A program made the position numbers and the translations under genes. This document shows, piece after piece, positions 39,271 through 46,759 of a stretch of 64,000 nt of DNA. The stretch covers positions 770-64,769 of the forward strand of contig CAZWVH010000005.1 in the NCBI GenBank assembly GCA_964636945.1, read 5' to 3'. The notes under the pieces are model-generated. The model ran no database searches, had not been told where the DNA came from, and saw nothing but the letters and a program-made list of their open reading frames with translations. Positions within the stretch are counted from its first letter, which is position 1. Each line of letters opens with the position of its first letter. The DNA is from an uncultured Caulobacterales bacterium (lineage in GTDB: Bacteria; Pseudomonadota; Alphaproteobacteria; Caulobacterales; Maricaulaceae).

Positions 39271-40308
39271 ATGAAACGGGGTATCATGAATGACGTCATG
39301 CTGCGCGCTGCGGCTGAGACCGGGGAGATTTCCGCCAAGCAGCGACCCATTGACAGTGACCAAATTCAACCGGCTAGCCTCGATTTGCGTTTGTCCAATA
39401 TCGCCTATCGTGTACGCGCCAGCTTTCTGCCAGGTAAATCCAACTCCATGATGGATCGCCTCGGCGACACACGCATCACCATGCACACACTGAATTTGGA
39501 TGAGGGCGCTGTCCTGGAGACCGGCTGTGTTTATGTGGTTCCGCTCATGGAGCGGATGGCGTTAAGCGCCCAAGTGTCAGGCCTGGCAAACCCGAAAAGC
39601 TCCACCGGCCGGATCGATGTCTTTACCCGCGTGATCACCGAAGACGGCGAGGAATTTGACCATATCCCTGCGGGCTATAGCGGGCTGCTTTACGCGGAAA
39701 TCAGTCCTCGAACATTCTCTGTTCTCGCACGGACTGGTGACCGACTATGCCAGCTTCGCTTGTGGAATGGTCTGCGTGCAGACCCGATCTCGACCATTAC
39801 AGTGAGCGTTGATCTGTCAGGACAATTTCCCGGCGGTGTGGCTGGGTTTCGCGCGCGTCGCCATGCTGGCGTGGTCGATTTGGCGCGTATTGGAGAGCAC
39901 GCGCCTGCGGGTTACTGGGAGCCGATCTATGCCGAGCGCAATGCCGTAGTCCTCGATCCTGGCGAGTTTTACATTCTGGCCTCCAAAGAGGCTGTCGTGA
40001 TAGGCGCCGACACGGCGGCGGAAATGGCCCCCATCGCCACCGAAATCGGCGAGTTTCGCGCCCACTATGCAGGGTTTTTCGATCCAGGATTTGGCCTGGC
40101 TGAATCCGGCGGTCAGGGCGGACGTGCAGTTTTGGAGGTGCGGGGGCGCGACGTGCCATTTTTTCTCGAAGATGGCCAGGCGGCGGCCAGGTTGATCTAT
40201 GAGCGGATGGCAGCGCCGCCCGAGCGGCTCTATGGCGCTGTTTCCTCAAACTATCAGGGCCAGGGATTGAAGCTTTCGAAGCATTTTTCGCCTTGGCCCG
40301 ACACGTGA
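39271..40308 (+). CDS. Long-form 2'-deoxycytidine 5'-triphosphate deaminase-like protein (DCD family)
   Basis: Start at ATG 39271. ...IDSDQIQPASLDLRLSNIAYRVRASFLPG..., about 345 aa. Recognised from memory of this alphaproteobacterial family. Confidence 0.6.
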   Translation: MKRGIMNDVMLRAAAETGEISAKQRPIDSDQIQPASLDLRLSNIAYRVRASFLPGKSNSMMDRLGDTRITMHTLNLDEGAVLETGCVYVVPLMERMALSAQVSGLANPKSSTGRIDVFTRVITEDGEEFDHIPAGYSGLLYAEISPRTFSVLARTGDRLCQLRLWNGLRADPISTITVSVDLSGQFPGGVAGFRARRHAGVVDLARIGEHAPAGYWEPIYAERNAVVLDPGEFYILASKEAVVIGADTAAEMAPIATEIGEFRAHYAGFFDPGFGLAESGGQGGRAVLEVRGRDVPFFLEDGQAAARLIYERMAAPPERLYGAVSSNYQGQGLKLSKHFSPWPDT

Positions 40309-40318
40309 CTCCATCCTG

Positions 40319-40369
40319 TTGACAAGGGACCTTGACAGTCAAGAAGCCTTGTCATAATGTCAAGTTGAC
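40319..40369. promoter_or_regulatory. Operator-like cluster of TTGAC/GTCAA half-sites upstream of the XRE regulator
   Basis: TTGACAAGG (40319-27), palindrome TTGAC-A-GTCAA (40332-42), CCTTGTCA (40347-54, inverted copy of the first element), palindrome GTCAA-G-TTGAC (40359-69). Confidence 0.5.
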
Positions 40370-40401
40370 TTGAACGAACGTGCTGACGCTGTGTGCGGGC
40401 C

Positions 40402-40611
40402 ATGAAGAATTGTATTCGCGTGATGCGCGCTGAGCGCGGCTGGAGCCAGGCGACCTTGGCTGGCGAGTTGGGTGTGTCGCGCCAGTCTGTGAACGCCATT
40501 GAAACCGGCCGATATGATCCGTCGCTGCCTTTAGCGTTCGCGATCGCCCGACTGTTTGGCCGCCCCATTGAGGCGATCTTTTTCGATGAAGATGAGGAGG
40601 AGGCAAAATGA
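40402..40611 (+). CDS. Small XRE-family HTH transcriptional regulator
   Basis: MKNCIRVMRAERGWSQATLAGELGVSRQSVNAIETGRYDPSLPLAFAIARLF, with an acidic tail. The family normally begins MKN.., so the start is moved from 40393. Confidence 0.85.
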   Translation: MKNCIRVMRAERGWSQATLAGELGVSRQSVNAIETGRYDPSLPLAFAIARLFGRPIEAIFFDEDEEEAK

Positions 40612-41111
40612 CTGAGCCTCGAAACGAATTCGAAGACGAACCTTTTGAACCAGAATTGTGGCGTTCGACTCGGGCCGACAAATGGGCATTTGGCGCTGCG
40701 GTGCTTGCTGGTTTGCCTTTGGGTCTGCTCACAATGCCGATCGGCTACCGCTATGGTCAGCAGATCGGAGGGGATTCGGCGCCCAGTATCGCCCAATTGA
40801 CGGGCCTGCCCATTTGGTCGCTGGTTCTAGTCTTTGCCGCGATCATCGCTGTCTTTCTTTGGGGCTTGTCCCGGGTGTCGCAAGGTTGGCTGCGCCGCCT
40901 GGATGAAGCAGAGAGCCATATCGAGATGCGCGCATTGGCGTCGACCTTGGGCAAAGTCATGATCACGGTCGCTGTGCTCTGGCTGGCCGGGGAGTGGTTT
41001 CCTCAGGCCAACGAAGTGATCGAGGCATGGCAACCAGCGATCCTCTTTGCGGTTTATGCACTGGCCTATTTCATCATTCGCGGGCGGCTGCGCCGTTCCC
41101 TCGCGGCTTAA
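40608..41111 (+). CDS. Membrane protein (about 4 TM) translationally coupled to the XRE regulator
   Basis: ATGA start/stop overlap with the regulator. Hydrophobic segments are present. No family recognised. Confidence 0.55.
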   Translation: MTEPRNEFEDEPFEPELWRSTRADKWAFGAAVLAGLPLGLLTMPIGYRYGQQIGGDSAPSIAQLTGLPIWSLVLVFAAIIAVFLWGLSRVSQGWLRRLDEAESHIEMRALASTLGKVMITVAVLWLAGEWFPQANEVIEAWQPAILFAVYALAYFIIRGRLRRSLAA

Positions 41112-41366
41112 CATGGCCGGCCCCGGGGATTCCGCAGATGAACTTGGCGTGTTCTTACTAACACCAGCACGCAAAGTTACGCTGAATGCCGGTACTGCAA
41201 TGCGACTGAAGTCTTATATCGACCGCCACCGGTCGCTCGCCTAATCATAAAAAGAGTAAAACTTGAACCGTTTGGAATTGGTATTGCCCATGATTCATTT
41301 TGGAACATTCGGCAGAATCGATAGGATCGGCAGGATAAATTGTCTGTTTTGTTGAGGGGGGATTCA

Positions 41367-42692
41367 GTGCGCGGTTTATTTACTTTGGGCGTTGTCGCGA
41401 CCGCTGTCATGGCCAATCAAGCCGCAACGGCCGATTCCTTCGCCATTAATGAGTATTCCCCGCTTGATTTGGGCAGGGCCAATGCCGGGCGAGCCGTGTT
41501 GATTGGTGACGCGGCCGGCGCATTTACCAACCCCGCGCTGATGACGGTCTTCTCAAGCCCGATTGTATCGGCGTCGCTCCATCAGATTTTAGGATCGGCT
41601 GACTTCTCAAATCGAGGGTCAACTGACGCGATTGGCCAGCCCTTGGTTGGTGATGACGAGGGAATTCTCGAAGACAGCACGATCCCCGCGGTTTATGCAA
41701 TCATTCCGCTTGCTGAGCGATTTGCGCTGGGACTGAGCGTCAATGTCCCGTTCGGTTTGGCCACAGATTACAATGATAACTGGGCGGGTCGCTACCAGGC
41801 GCTGAAGTCAGAGTTGGTGACCGTCAATATCAATCCCTCAATCGCCTATGAGGTGAACGAAGAACTTTCGATCGGCGTTGGGATCAGCGCCCAGTATGCC
41901 GATGCCGAGCTCACCAATGCCGTGGACTTCGGCGCAGTGTGTTTCGGCGCGCTGGCGCCAGACCAGTGCTTTCAACTGGGGCTGATCCCGCAAGCAGCGG
42001 ACGGCAACGCCAGCGTTAAGGGCGACAGCTGGGGTGTTGGATTTAATGTCGGGGTCACCTGGTCTCCCGATCCACGCCTCCGCTTGGGCGCGCATTATCG
42101 CTCCAGTGTTGATCACACACTTGATGGCGAAGGCGAGTTTGACGTTCCCGCCCAAGCCCTGCCCCTGACGCTCACCGGCGCCTTCACCGACGGCGCCGCC
42201 GAAGCCAGCATTGAATTGCCCTCCTCATGGGAGTTCGGCATGAGCTATGAAATGACTGATCGGCTCACGGGCTATGTGTCATTCCAATGGACAGAATGGT
42301 CAAGCGTCGATGAACTTCGCGTGGAGTTCGATAATCCCGCTCAACCCGATTCAGTCGAAGAGTTGGCCTATAAGGACGCCGGTCGAGTGAGCATTGGCGT
42401 TGATTATGAAATTTCGCCAGAGTGGACTGTGCGCGGTGGCTATGCTTTTGACGGCACGCCCACCCAGGCTGCGACCCGCACCGCACGCATTCCCGACAAT
42501 GACCGCCATGTATTCGCCGCCGGCGCCAGCTGGACGCCGAATGACAGATGGCAGGTGGATGCGGGCTATAACCGCATTCAGATCGAGAACATTTCGTTTC
42601 AGCGCACGGGCGCTGTCGGCGACATGCTTCAAGGACAATACCAAGGCCATGCCAATGTGATTTCCGTCGGCGTCACGCGGCGATTTGGGTAA
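41367..42692 (+). CDS. FadL/OmpP1/TodX-family outer-membrane hydrophobic-compound channel
   Basis: Start placed at GTG 41367 after GAGGGGGG. Signal ...VMANQAATA-DSF. N-terminal hatch FAINEYSPLDLGRANAG, C-terminal ...ISVGVTRRF. Confidence 0.8.
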   Translation: MRGLFTLGVVATAVMANQAATADSFAINEYSPLDLGRANAGRAVLIGDAAGAFTNPALMTVFSSPIVSASLHQILGSADFSNRGSTDAIGQPLVGDDEGILEDSTIPAVYAIIPLAERFALGLSVNVPFGLATDYNDNWAGRYQALKSELVTVNINPSIAYEVNEELSIGVGISAQYADAELTNAVDFGAVCFGALAPDQCFQLGLIPQAADGNASVKGDSWGVGFNVGVTWSPDPRLRLGAHYRSSVDHTLDGEGEFDVPAQALPLTLTGAFTDGAAEASIELPSSWEFGMSYEMTDRLTGYVSFQWTEWSSVDELRVEFDNPAQPDSVEELAYKDAGRVSIGVDYEISPEWTVRGGYAFDGTPTQAATRTARIPDNDRHVFAAGASWTPNDRWQVDAGYNRIQIENISFQRTGAVGDMLQGQYQGHANVISVGVTRRFG

Positions 42693-42823
42693 TTCGCTCA
42701 ACGCGGCCGCCCTTGACCATTGCTTCCGCATGGCGCTTGCAGGAGGACCCAAACTCCAAACAACCGTAGAGTGGCGCGCCCATAATTGATGCCTGAAGTG
42801 ATAATCGGTGCTAAATCCCGCAA

Positions 42824-43741
42824 ATGGATCGACTCGAAGCCATGCGGGTATTTGCTGCCGTCGCTGAACATGGCGGCTTTTCTCAAGCTGCGCGACGCAT
42901 GGGCGTGAGCCCTGCTCAGGTGTCAAAGGCCGTTGCAAAGCTTGAACGGTATTTGGGGGCCAGGTTGCTGGAGCGCACCACACGCTCGGTCAATCTCACT
43001 CCAGCCGGCGCGGCGTATCTCGATCGGGCGAAAACAGTTTTGGCTGAGTTTGACGCGCTTGAGGATGGCGTGCGTTCAGCCCACGCCGACCCTGCAGGAG
43101 TGGTGCGGGTGTCAGCGCCCATTGTCTTTGGCGTCCGCCGTTTGATGCCGCTGGTGCTGAAGTTTCTCGATCAGCATCCCCAGGTGGAGGTGCGCTTGGC
43201 GCTGAATGACCGGGTGGTGGATCTCGTGGATGAGGGGTTTGATCTGGCCGTGCGCATCGGCAATCTGGCAGATTCCAGCTTGATGGCGCGCCGATTGTCC
43301 CCGTCAGTCATGGTCCTCGTGTGTAAGCCAGATCACGCCGCTGTGCGCGAGGTGTCAGAGCCGCAAGATTTGACCCATTACGCCTGCGTCGTGGACACCA
43401 ACATGCATCAACCGCAGCGTTGGGTGTTCAGTCGCGGTGAGCAAACGGAAGATGTGCGCATTACTGGCCGGCTGTGGGTGAACAGTGCGGACGCCTCGCG
43501 CCAAGCGGCCCTGGCGGGATATGGCGTGGCGTTGACGCCATTATTTGTGATCGAAGAGGATTTGGACGCAGGCCGCTTGGTCAGGTTGCTGCCCGACTGG
43601 GACCCTCAGCCGCGAGATATTTGGGCGGTGTTTCCCCAAAATCGCATGCTGGCCGCTCGAGTCCGCCTATTTATCGACCATTTGGCGTCATCATTCGGCG
43701 CGCAGTCGGTTCCGCTGTCCGAGCCGTTATTGACCGAATGA
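42824..43741 (+). CDS. LysR-family transcriptional regulator
   Basis: MDRLEAMRVFAAVAEHGGFSQAARRMGVSPAQVSKAVAKLE HTH plus a LysR substrate-binding domain. Confidence 0.9.
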   Translation: MDRLEAMRVFAAVAEHGGFSQAARRMGVSPAQVSKAVAKLERYLGARLLERTTRSVNLTPAGAAYLDRAKTVLAEFDALEDGVRSAHADPAGVVRVSAPIVFGVRRLMPLVLKFLDQHPQVEVRLALNDRVVDLVDEGFDLAVRIGNLADSSLMARRLSPSVMVLVCKPDHAAVREVSEPQDLTHYACVVDTNMHQPQRWVFSRGEQTEDVRITGRLWVNSADASRQAALAGYGVALTPLFVIEEDLDAGRLVRLLPDWDPQPRDIWAVFPQNRMLAARVRLFIDHLASSFGAQSVPLSEPLLTE

Positions 43742-44110
43742 CTTTCGGGTGTAGCGTCCGCGCGGTTCTTCTCCGTCAAGGCTGCGCAGAATGCGGCCAA
43801 TGGCTTCGTCGGTGCCCAGCGCAGCGCGGCGCGCCGAGGTGTGAATCTCCCGGACGATCGCCTCATAATCTTGGCCGCCTGGCGCGCGCACTTCGGCCAA
43901 ATCGTCCCCGGTGAGAGCCTCAAGCTCGCGACCTTCGCCGTCCGAGACGATCAACATTGGACCAGAGGCTCCAGCTTCCACGACCACGGAGTAGCCATCA
44001 GTGTCAAAGGCAAAGGCGTTTTGTCCCGGACCTTCCGACCAGGTGATGCGCCCCTCTTTGCACAGCGTGTACATGCGGTCGATGAGTTGCTTTGTCAGAT
44101 CATGAATCAT
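43727..44110 (-). CDS. Hypothetical acidic protein (about 127 aa) co-directional with dcm-vsr
   Basis: ORF with host-like codon bias. MIHDLTKQLIDRMYTLCKEGRITWSEG.... No family recognised. Its 3' end overlaps the lysR 3' end by 15 nt. Confidence 0.4.
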   Translation of the reverse strand: MIHDLTKQLIDRMYTLCKEGRITWSEGPGQNAFAFDTDGYSVVVEAGASGPMLIVSDGEGRELEALTGDDLAEVRAPGGQDYEAIVREIHTSARRAALGTDEAIGRILRSLDGEEPRGRYTRKSFGQ

Positions 44111-44182
44111 GGCTGTGCTCCGCACTTGCGTTCATGGATTGGCGGGTGTTGTGCCCGAAAGTGGGAAGCTTGGCCAGCGCTC

Positions 44183-44632
44183 TCAATGGGGCGTGCGCAG
44201 TGACCGGCGTGTTTCATGTGCATGGGACTCGAGAAACGCAACGGCCTCGTCGATCCATTCGCTTGAGCGCAGGGCGCATTCCCAAATGATGCAGGAGCGC
44301 CAACCCCAGCGCTCAAGCCGCAGGCGGTGGTCGTGATCACGGTCGCGATTGCGGTCAATTTTGTTGATCCAATAGGCGCGATTGGCCTTGGGCACCCGGG
44401 CGCCGCGCGCGCAATCATGCCCGTGCCAAAAGCAGCCATGCACAAAAATCACTGCTCGGCGTGCGGGGAACACCAAATCTGGCGCGCCGGGCAAGGTCTT
44501 TACGTGCAATCGGTAACGATAGCCGAGCCTATGCAGCGTCTTGCGCACAATCCGTTCAGGCTTGGTGTCTGTGCTTTTCACGGCCGCCATGACGGCGCTG
44601 CGCTCTGCAGGGGTAAAGATGTCTGTGGCCAT
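44183..44632 (-). CDS. vsr: Very-short-patch repair endonuclease
   Basis: MATDIFTPAERSAVMAAVKSTDTKPE..VRK.LH.LGYRYRLH...PG.PDLVFP..R.VIFVHGCFWHGH.C. An alternative upstream start at 44665 would overlap the dcm 3' end, as in E. coli. Confidence 0.9.
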   Translation of the reverse strand: MATDIFTPAERSAVMAAVKSTDTKPERIVRKTLHRLGYRYRLHVKTLPGAPDLVFPARRAVIFVHGCFWHGHDCARGARVPKANRAYWINKIDRNRDRDHDHRLRLERWGWRSCIIWECALRSSEWIDEAVAFLESHAHETRRSLRTPH

Positions 44633-44639
44633 CGTTTGG

Positions 44640-45827
44640 TTAAGGTGTTGTTTCAACGGGCACATTGGCTTTTGTTGCCTTGGCCAATGGGACGAGCAAA
44701 TGGGTGGTCAACCACTGCACCAGAGGAACAACAACCCCGTCTCCGGTCAAATGCAAGGCCGCGGTCGTGGTGTTTGGCAATTGATAATCTTCTGGCAGTC
44801 CCATCAGCCGGGCGGTTTCGCGCGCGGTCATCAGCCGGGTGCGAAGGTCCCGCTTCTCACAAACAGCAAGAATTTGTCGACTGGAGCCGCCCGCCGGCGT
44901 GCGCAAGCATCCCGCAATCCCATCGAAACGAACCTCCGCGCGCACAATGCGCCGCCCATCCTCAATGCGTGTGCGTCGATACACTGTACCTACAGCACAA
45001 GGGTCGCGCGCCAACGCATCCTCGAGCCGCTGTCGGTGTAGCGGGCCCATTTGAGCAAGCAGATTTTGTGTGGCGTTTTCAGTGTGCCAAGCCGATTCGG
45101 GCAAGGCGGATTCAATAACGTCCACCAAATTCACATTTCGCAGCGGCAAGGGCGGCAAGCGCCACCAGACCCAAGAATCGCGCGCCATGTCTGACAGACG
45201 CCCAACAGCGACGGACAGGCCCTTCGGTGTTGGGTGGCTTGCAAAGTCTGGCGTATAACATGTGAGTTCACGCGGGATTGGGCCGCGAGCAGCGACCACA
45301 AACAGGCGAGGGCGCGACTGAGGGACAAAATGGCAGGCGTCGAGTTCAAAAGCGCCACATCGATACCCCGCCAACGCCAATAGCTCGACCAGGGCGCCAA
45401 AATCAGAGCCGCCATGTGCGCTCAAAAGTCCGGGTACGTTCTCAACAACCAAAATGGCAGGCGGGCGGTTCCTTGCGTGCAAGGCCTCGATCTTGCGCCA
45501 GAACCCGAAAAACGCGGAAGATTTGGCTCCCGCCATGCCGGCGCGCGCCCCGGCAAGCGAAAGATCTTGGCAAGGGAAGCTGGCCCAGGCCAAATCGGCG
45601 GGCGCGCCTTTGGTCCGATCTAAAATTGCGTGGGTGGAAAGCGCGGCGACATCGCCTTCGATAATTTCCCTATCGCCAAAATTGGCGCGATAGGCGACGC
45701 ATTTGGCGTGGTCATTGTCATTGGCCAGCACGACGCGAAATGGGCCGCCAGCTTCCACACCCAGGCGCGCCATACCGCCGCCGGCGAAAAACTCGAGTGC
45801 GGACAGTGCGGTATTGTGGCCGTGCAT
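44640..45827 (-). CDS. dcm: DNA (cytosine-5)-methyltransferase
   Basis: Start at the internal ATG 45827. Motif I LEFFAGGGM, motif IV SFPCQDLS, motif VI VVENVPGL, motif X ARETARLMGLPEDY. Confidence 0.9.
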   Translation of the reverse strand: MHGHNTALSALEFFAGGGMARLGVEAGGPFRVVLANDNDHAKCVAYRANFGDREIIEGDVAALSTHAILDRTKGAPADLAWASFPCQDLSLAGARAGMAGAKSSAFFGFWRKIEALHARNRPPAILVVENVPGLLSAHGGSDFGALVELLALAGYRCGAFELDACHFVPQSRPRLFVVAARGPIPRELTCYTPDFASHPTPKGLSVAVGRLSDMARDSWVWWRLPPLPLRNVNLVDVIESALPESAWHTENATQNLLAQMGPLHRQRLEDALARDPCAVGTVYRRTRIEDGRRIVRAEVRFDGIAGCLRTPAGGSSRQILAVCEKRDLRTRLMTARETARLMGLPEDYQLPNTTTAALHLTGDGVVVPLVQWLTTHLLVPLAKATKANVPVETTP

Positions 45828-45834
45828 TGGGATC

Positions 45835-46143
45835 TCACGCACCTTTCGCCGTGTGTGCCTCTCGATCTCGCACGCGGACAAGATCAAATGTCGAATCAAG
45901 AGAATGCTTGCGTTCGCTGATGGTGACAACCAAGCGCTCTTGCATGGCTAAAGCGGCGTTTCGCCCGCCTTGCAGCGATAGCCGCAGCTTTGGGTGTGGC
46001 CGCGATCCCGCTCGTTTGGTGAAAGAAAGCCCCGCCTGAGCGTTGATCACAACGTCCGGCGGAGCCGAGTTTGAGGATTGTGCGTCGCCCCAGCCCATGG
46101 CGAAGCCAAAGCCGAGCGCACCTGAGGAGCTCATGTCGCACAA
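45835..46143 (-). CDS. Unassigned ORF (about 100 codons, TTG or internal ATG start) ending 7 nt before the dcm start
   Basis: Open frame with moderately host-like third-position GC. Its stop TGA is 7 nt upstream of the dcm ATG. No recognisable motif and no clear SD. Confidence 0.2.
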   Translation of the reverse strand: MCDMSSSGALGFGFAMGWGDAQSSNSAPPDVVINAQAGLSFTKRAGSRPHPKLRLSLQGGRNAALAMQERLVVTISERKHSLDSTFDLVRVRDREAHTAKGA

Positions 46144-46340
46144 CGGCCGCCGTCCAAAAGGATCATGGGCGGGCGCGTGTTCAATTGTGTGGGTCTTGTG
46201 TCTTGTATCGTGCGGCGGCAGCCCTCCGATCCCCGCGTTATGGCCGCACGCGTGTCTTCACATGTCTCAAGTGAGTTGAGCAAACGCATTGCCCGTCCAG
46301 GGGGGAGGCCGGGCAACACGCTGCTCAAGGTTGTTCAAGA

Positions 46341-46457
46341 TTATGCTGACAAATTTTGGAACGTGTCGAACAATGCCAGGCCAACTCCTGAAGTAACAAC
46401 TGCATAAAGAGCAAAAGTAAAGATCGTTGTTGCGAAGCGTGATTTTTGGTTCATCAT
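46341..46457 (-). CDS. 38-aa hydrophobic mini-protein (single predicted TM), below the ORF-track cut-off
   Basis: The reverse strand reads TAAGGAGAAAGTC-ATG ATG AAC..., giving MMNQKSRFATTIFTFALYAVVTSGVGLALFDTFQNLSA-TAA. AAGGAG SD with a 6-nt spacer. Located in a locally AT-rich gap. Confidence 0.45.
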   Translation of the reverse strand: MMNQKSRFATTIFTFALYAVVTSGVGLALFDTFQNLSA

Positions 46458-46565
46458 GACTTTCTCCTTAATCCTCTCAATGACACTTTGTTTGTTTGTG
46501 TCGTTTTTGGTGCGCCGTGGGTTTGTTGTTGTTCCCGAAGCGCATGATCAGATTGGCGCCATTGA

Positions 46566-46625
46566 TCTGAATAGGCTTTGGCCAAAGTCTGAATGGTCAT
46601 GAATTAGCTTGGGGGATTTCTGAAC
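46566..46625. promoter_or_regulatory. Three direct TCTGAAY repeats in the divergent mini-ORF / wHTH regulator intergenic region
   Basis: TCTGAAT at 46566, TCTGAAT at 46588, TCTGAAC at 46619 (spacings 22 and 31 nt). Confidence 0.2.
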
Positions 46626-46759
46626 GCTCCGACCCTCCTAGAGGGGAGTGATCAAATCGGCTGTGAAACGGTAGACAACGATCGAATTGCGTTGAACCGC
46701 GACCTGCGACACACTGGCCGATCGGCTCGCGTTCATCCGCAGCGCTATGAGTCCATCGA

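Noticed and set aside
39271-40308. Long dCTP deaminase-like gene considered as a nucleotide-depletion anti-phage defence gene
   Set aside because: It lacks the extra kinase-like N-terminal domain that I recall for defensive dCTP deaminases. It sits between housekeeping genes (apaG, trkH) with host-like composition, and it looks like the conserved alphaproteobacterial DCD family.
44327-45118. Plus ORF of 263 aa antisense to vsr and dcm, considered as a possible restriction endonuclease partner
   Set aside because: It fully overlaps the conserved cores of vsr and dcm on the opposite strand. It is Arg/Ala/Pro-rich with no nuclease motif. A real REase would not be nested antisense across both genes.
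45830-46340. Searched this GC-rich untranslated-looking 0.5 kb upstream of dcm for a decayed restriction endonuclease, a controller (C) protein or a ribbon-helix-helix gene
   Set aside because: The two minus-strand ORFs (46131..46328, 45835..46143) show no HTH, RHH or nuclease motif that I can recognise. Only a low-confidence ORF call is retained, and the pseudogene idea needs tBLASTn.
46165-46407. Plus ORF of 80 aa overlapping the mini-ORF in antisense
   Set aside because: No SD, Arg/Pro-rich translation, and its 3' part lies in the AT-rich segment. There the minus-strand mini-ORF has a far better initiation context. It cannot be fully excluded without expression data.
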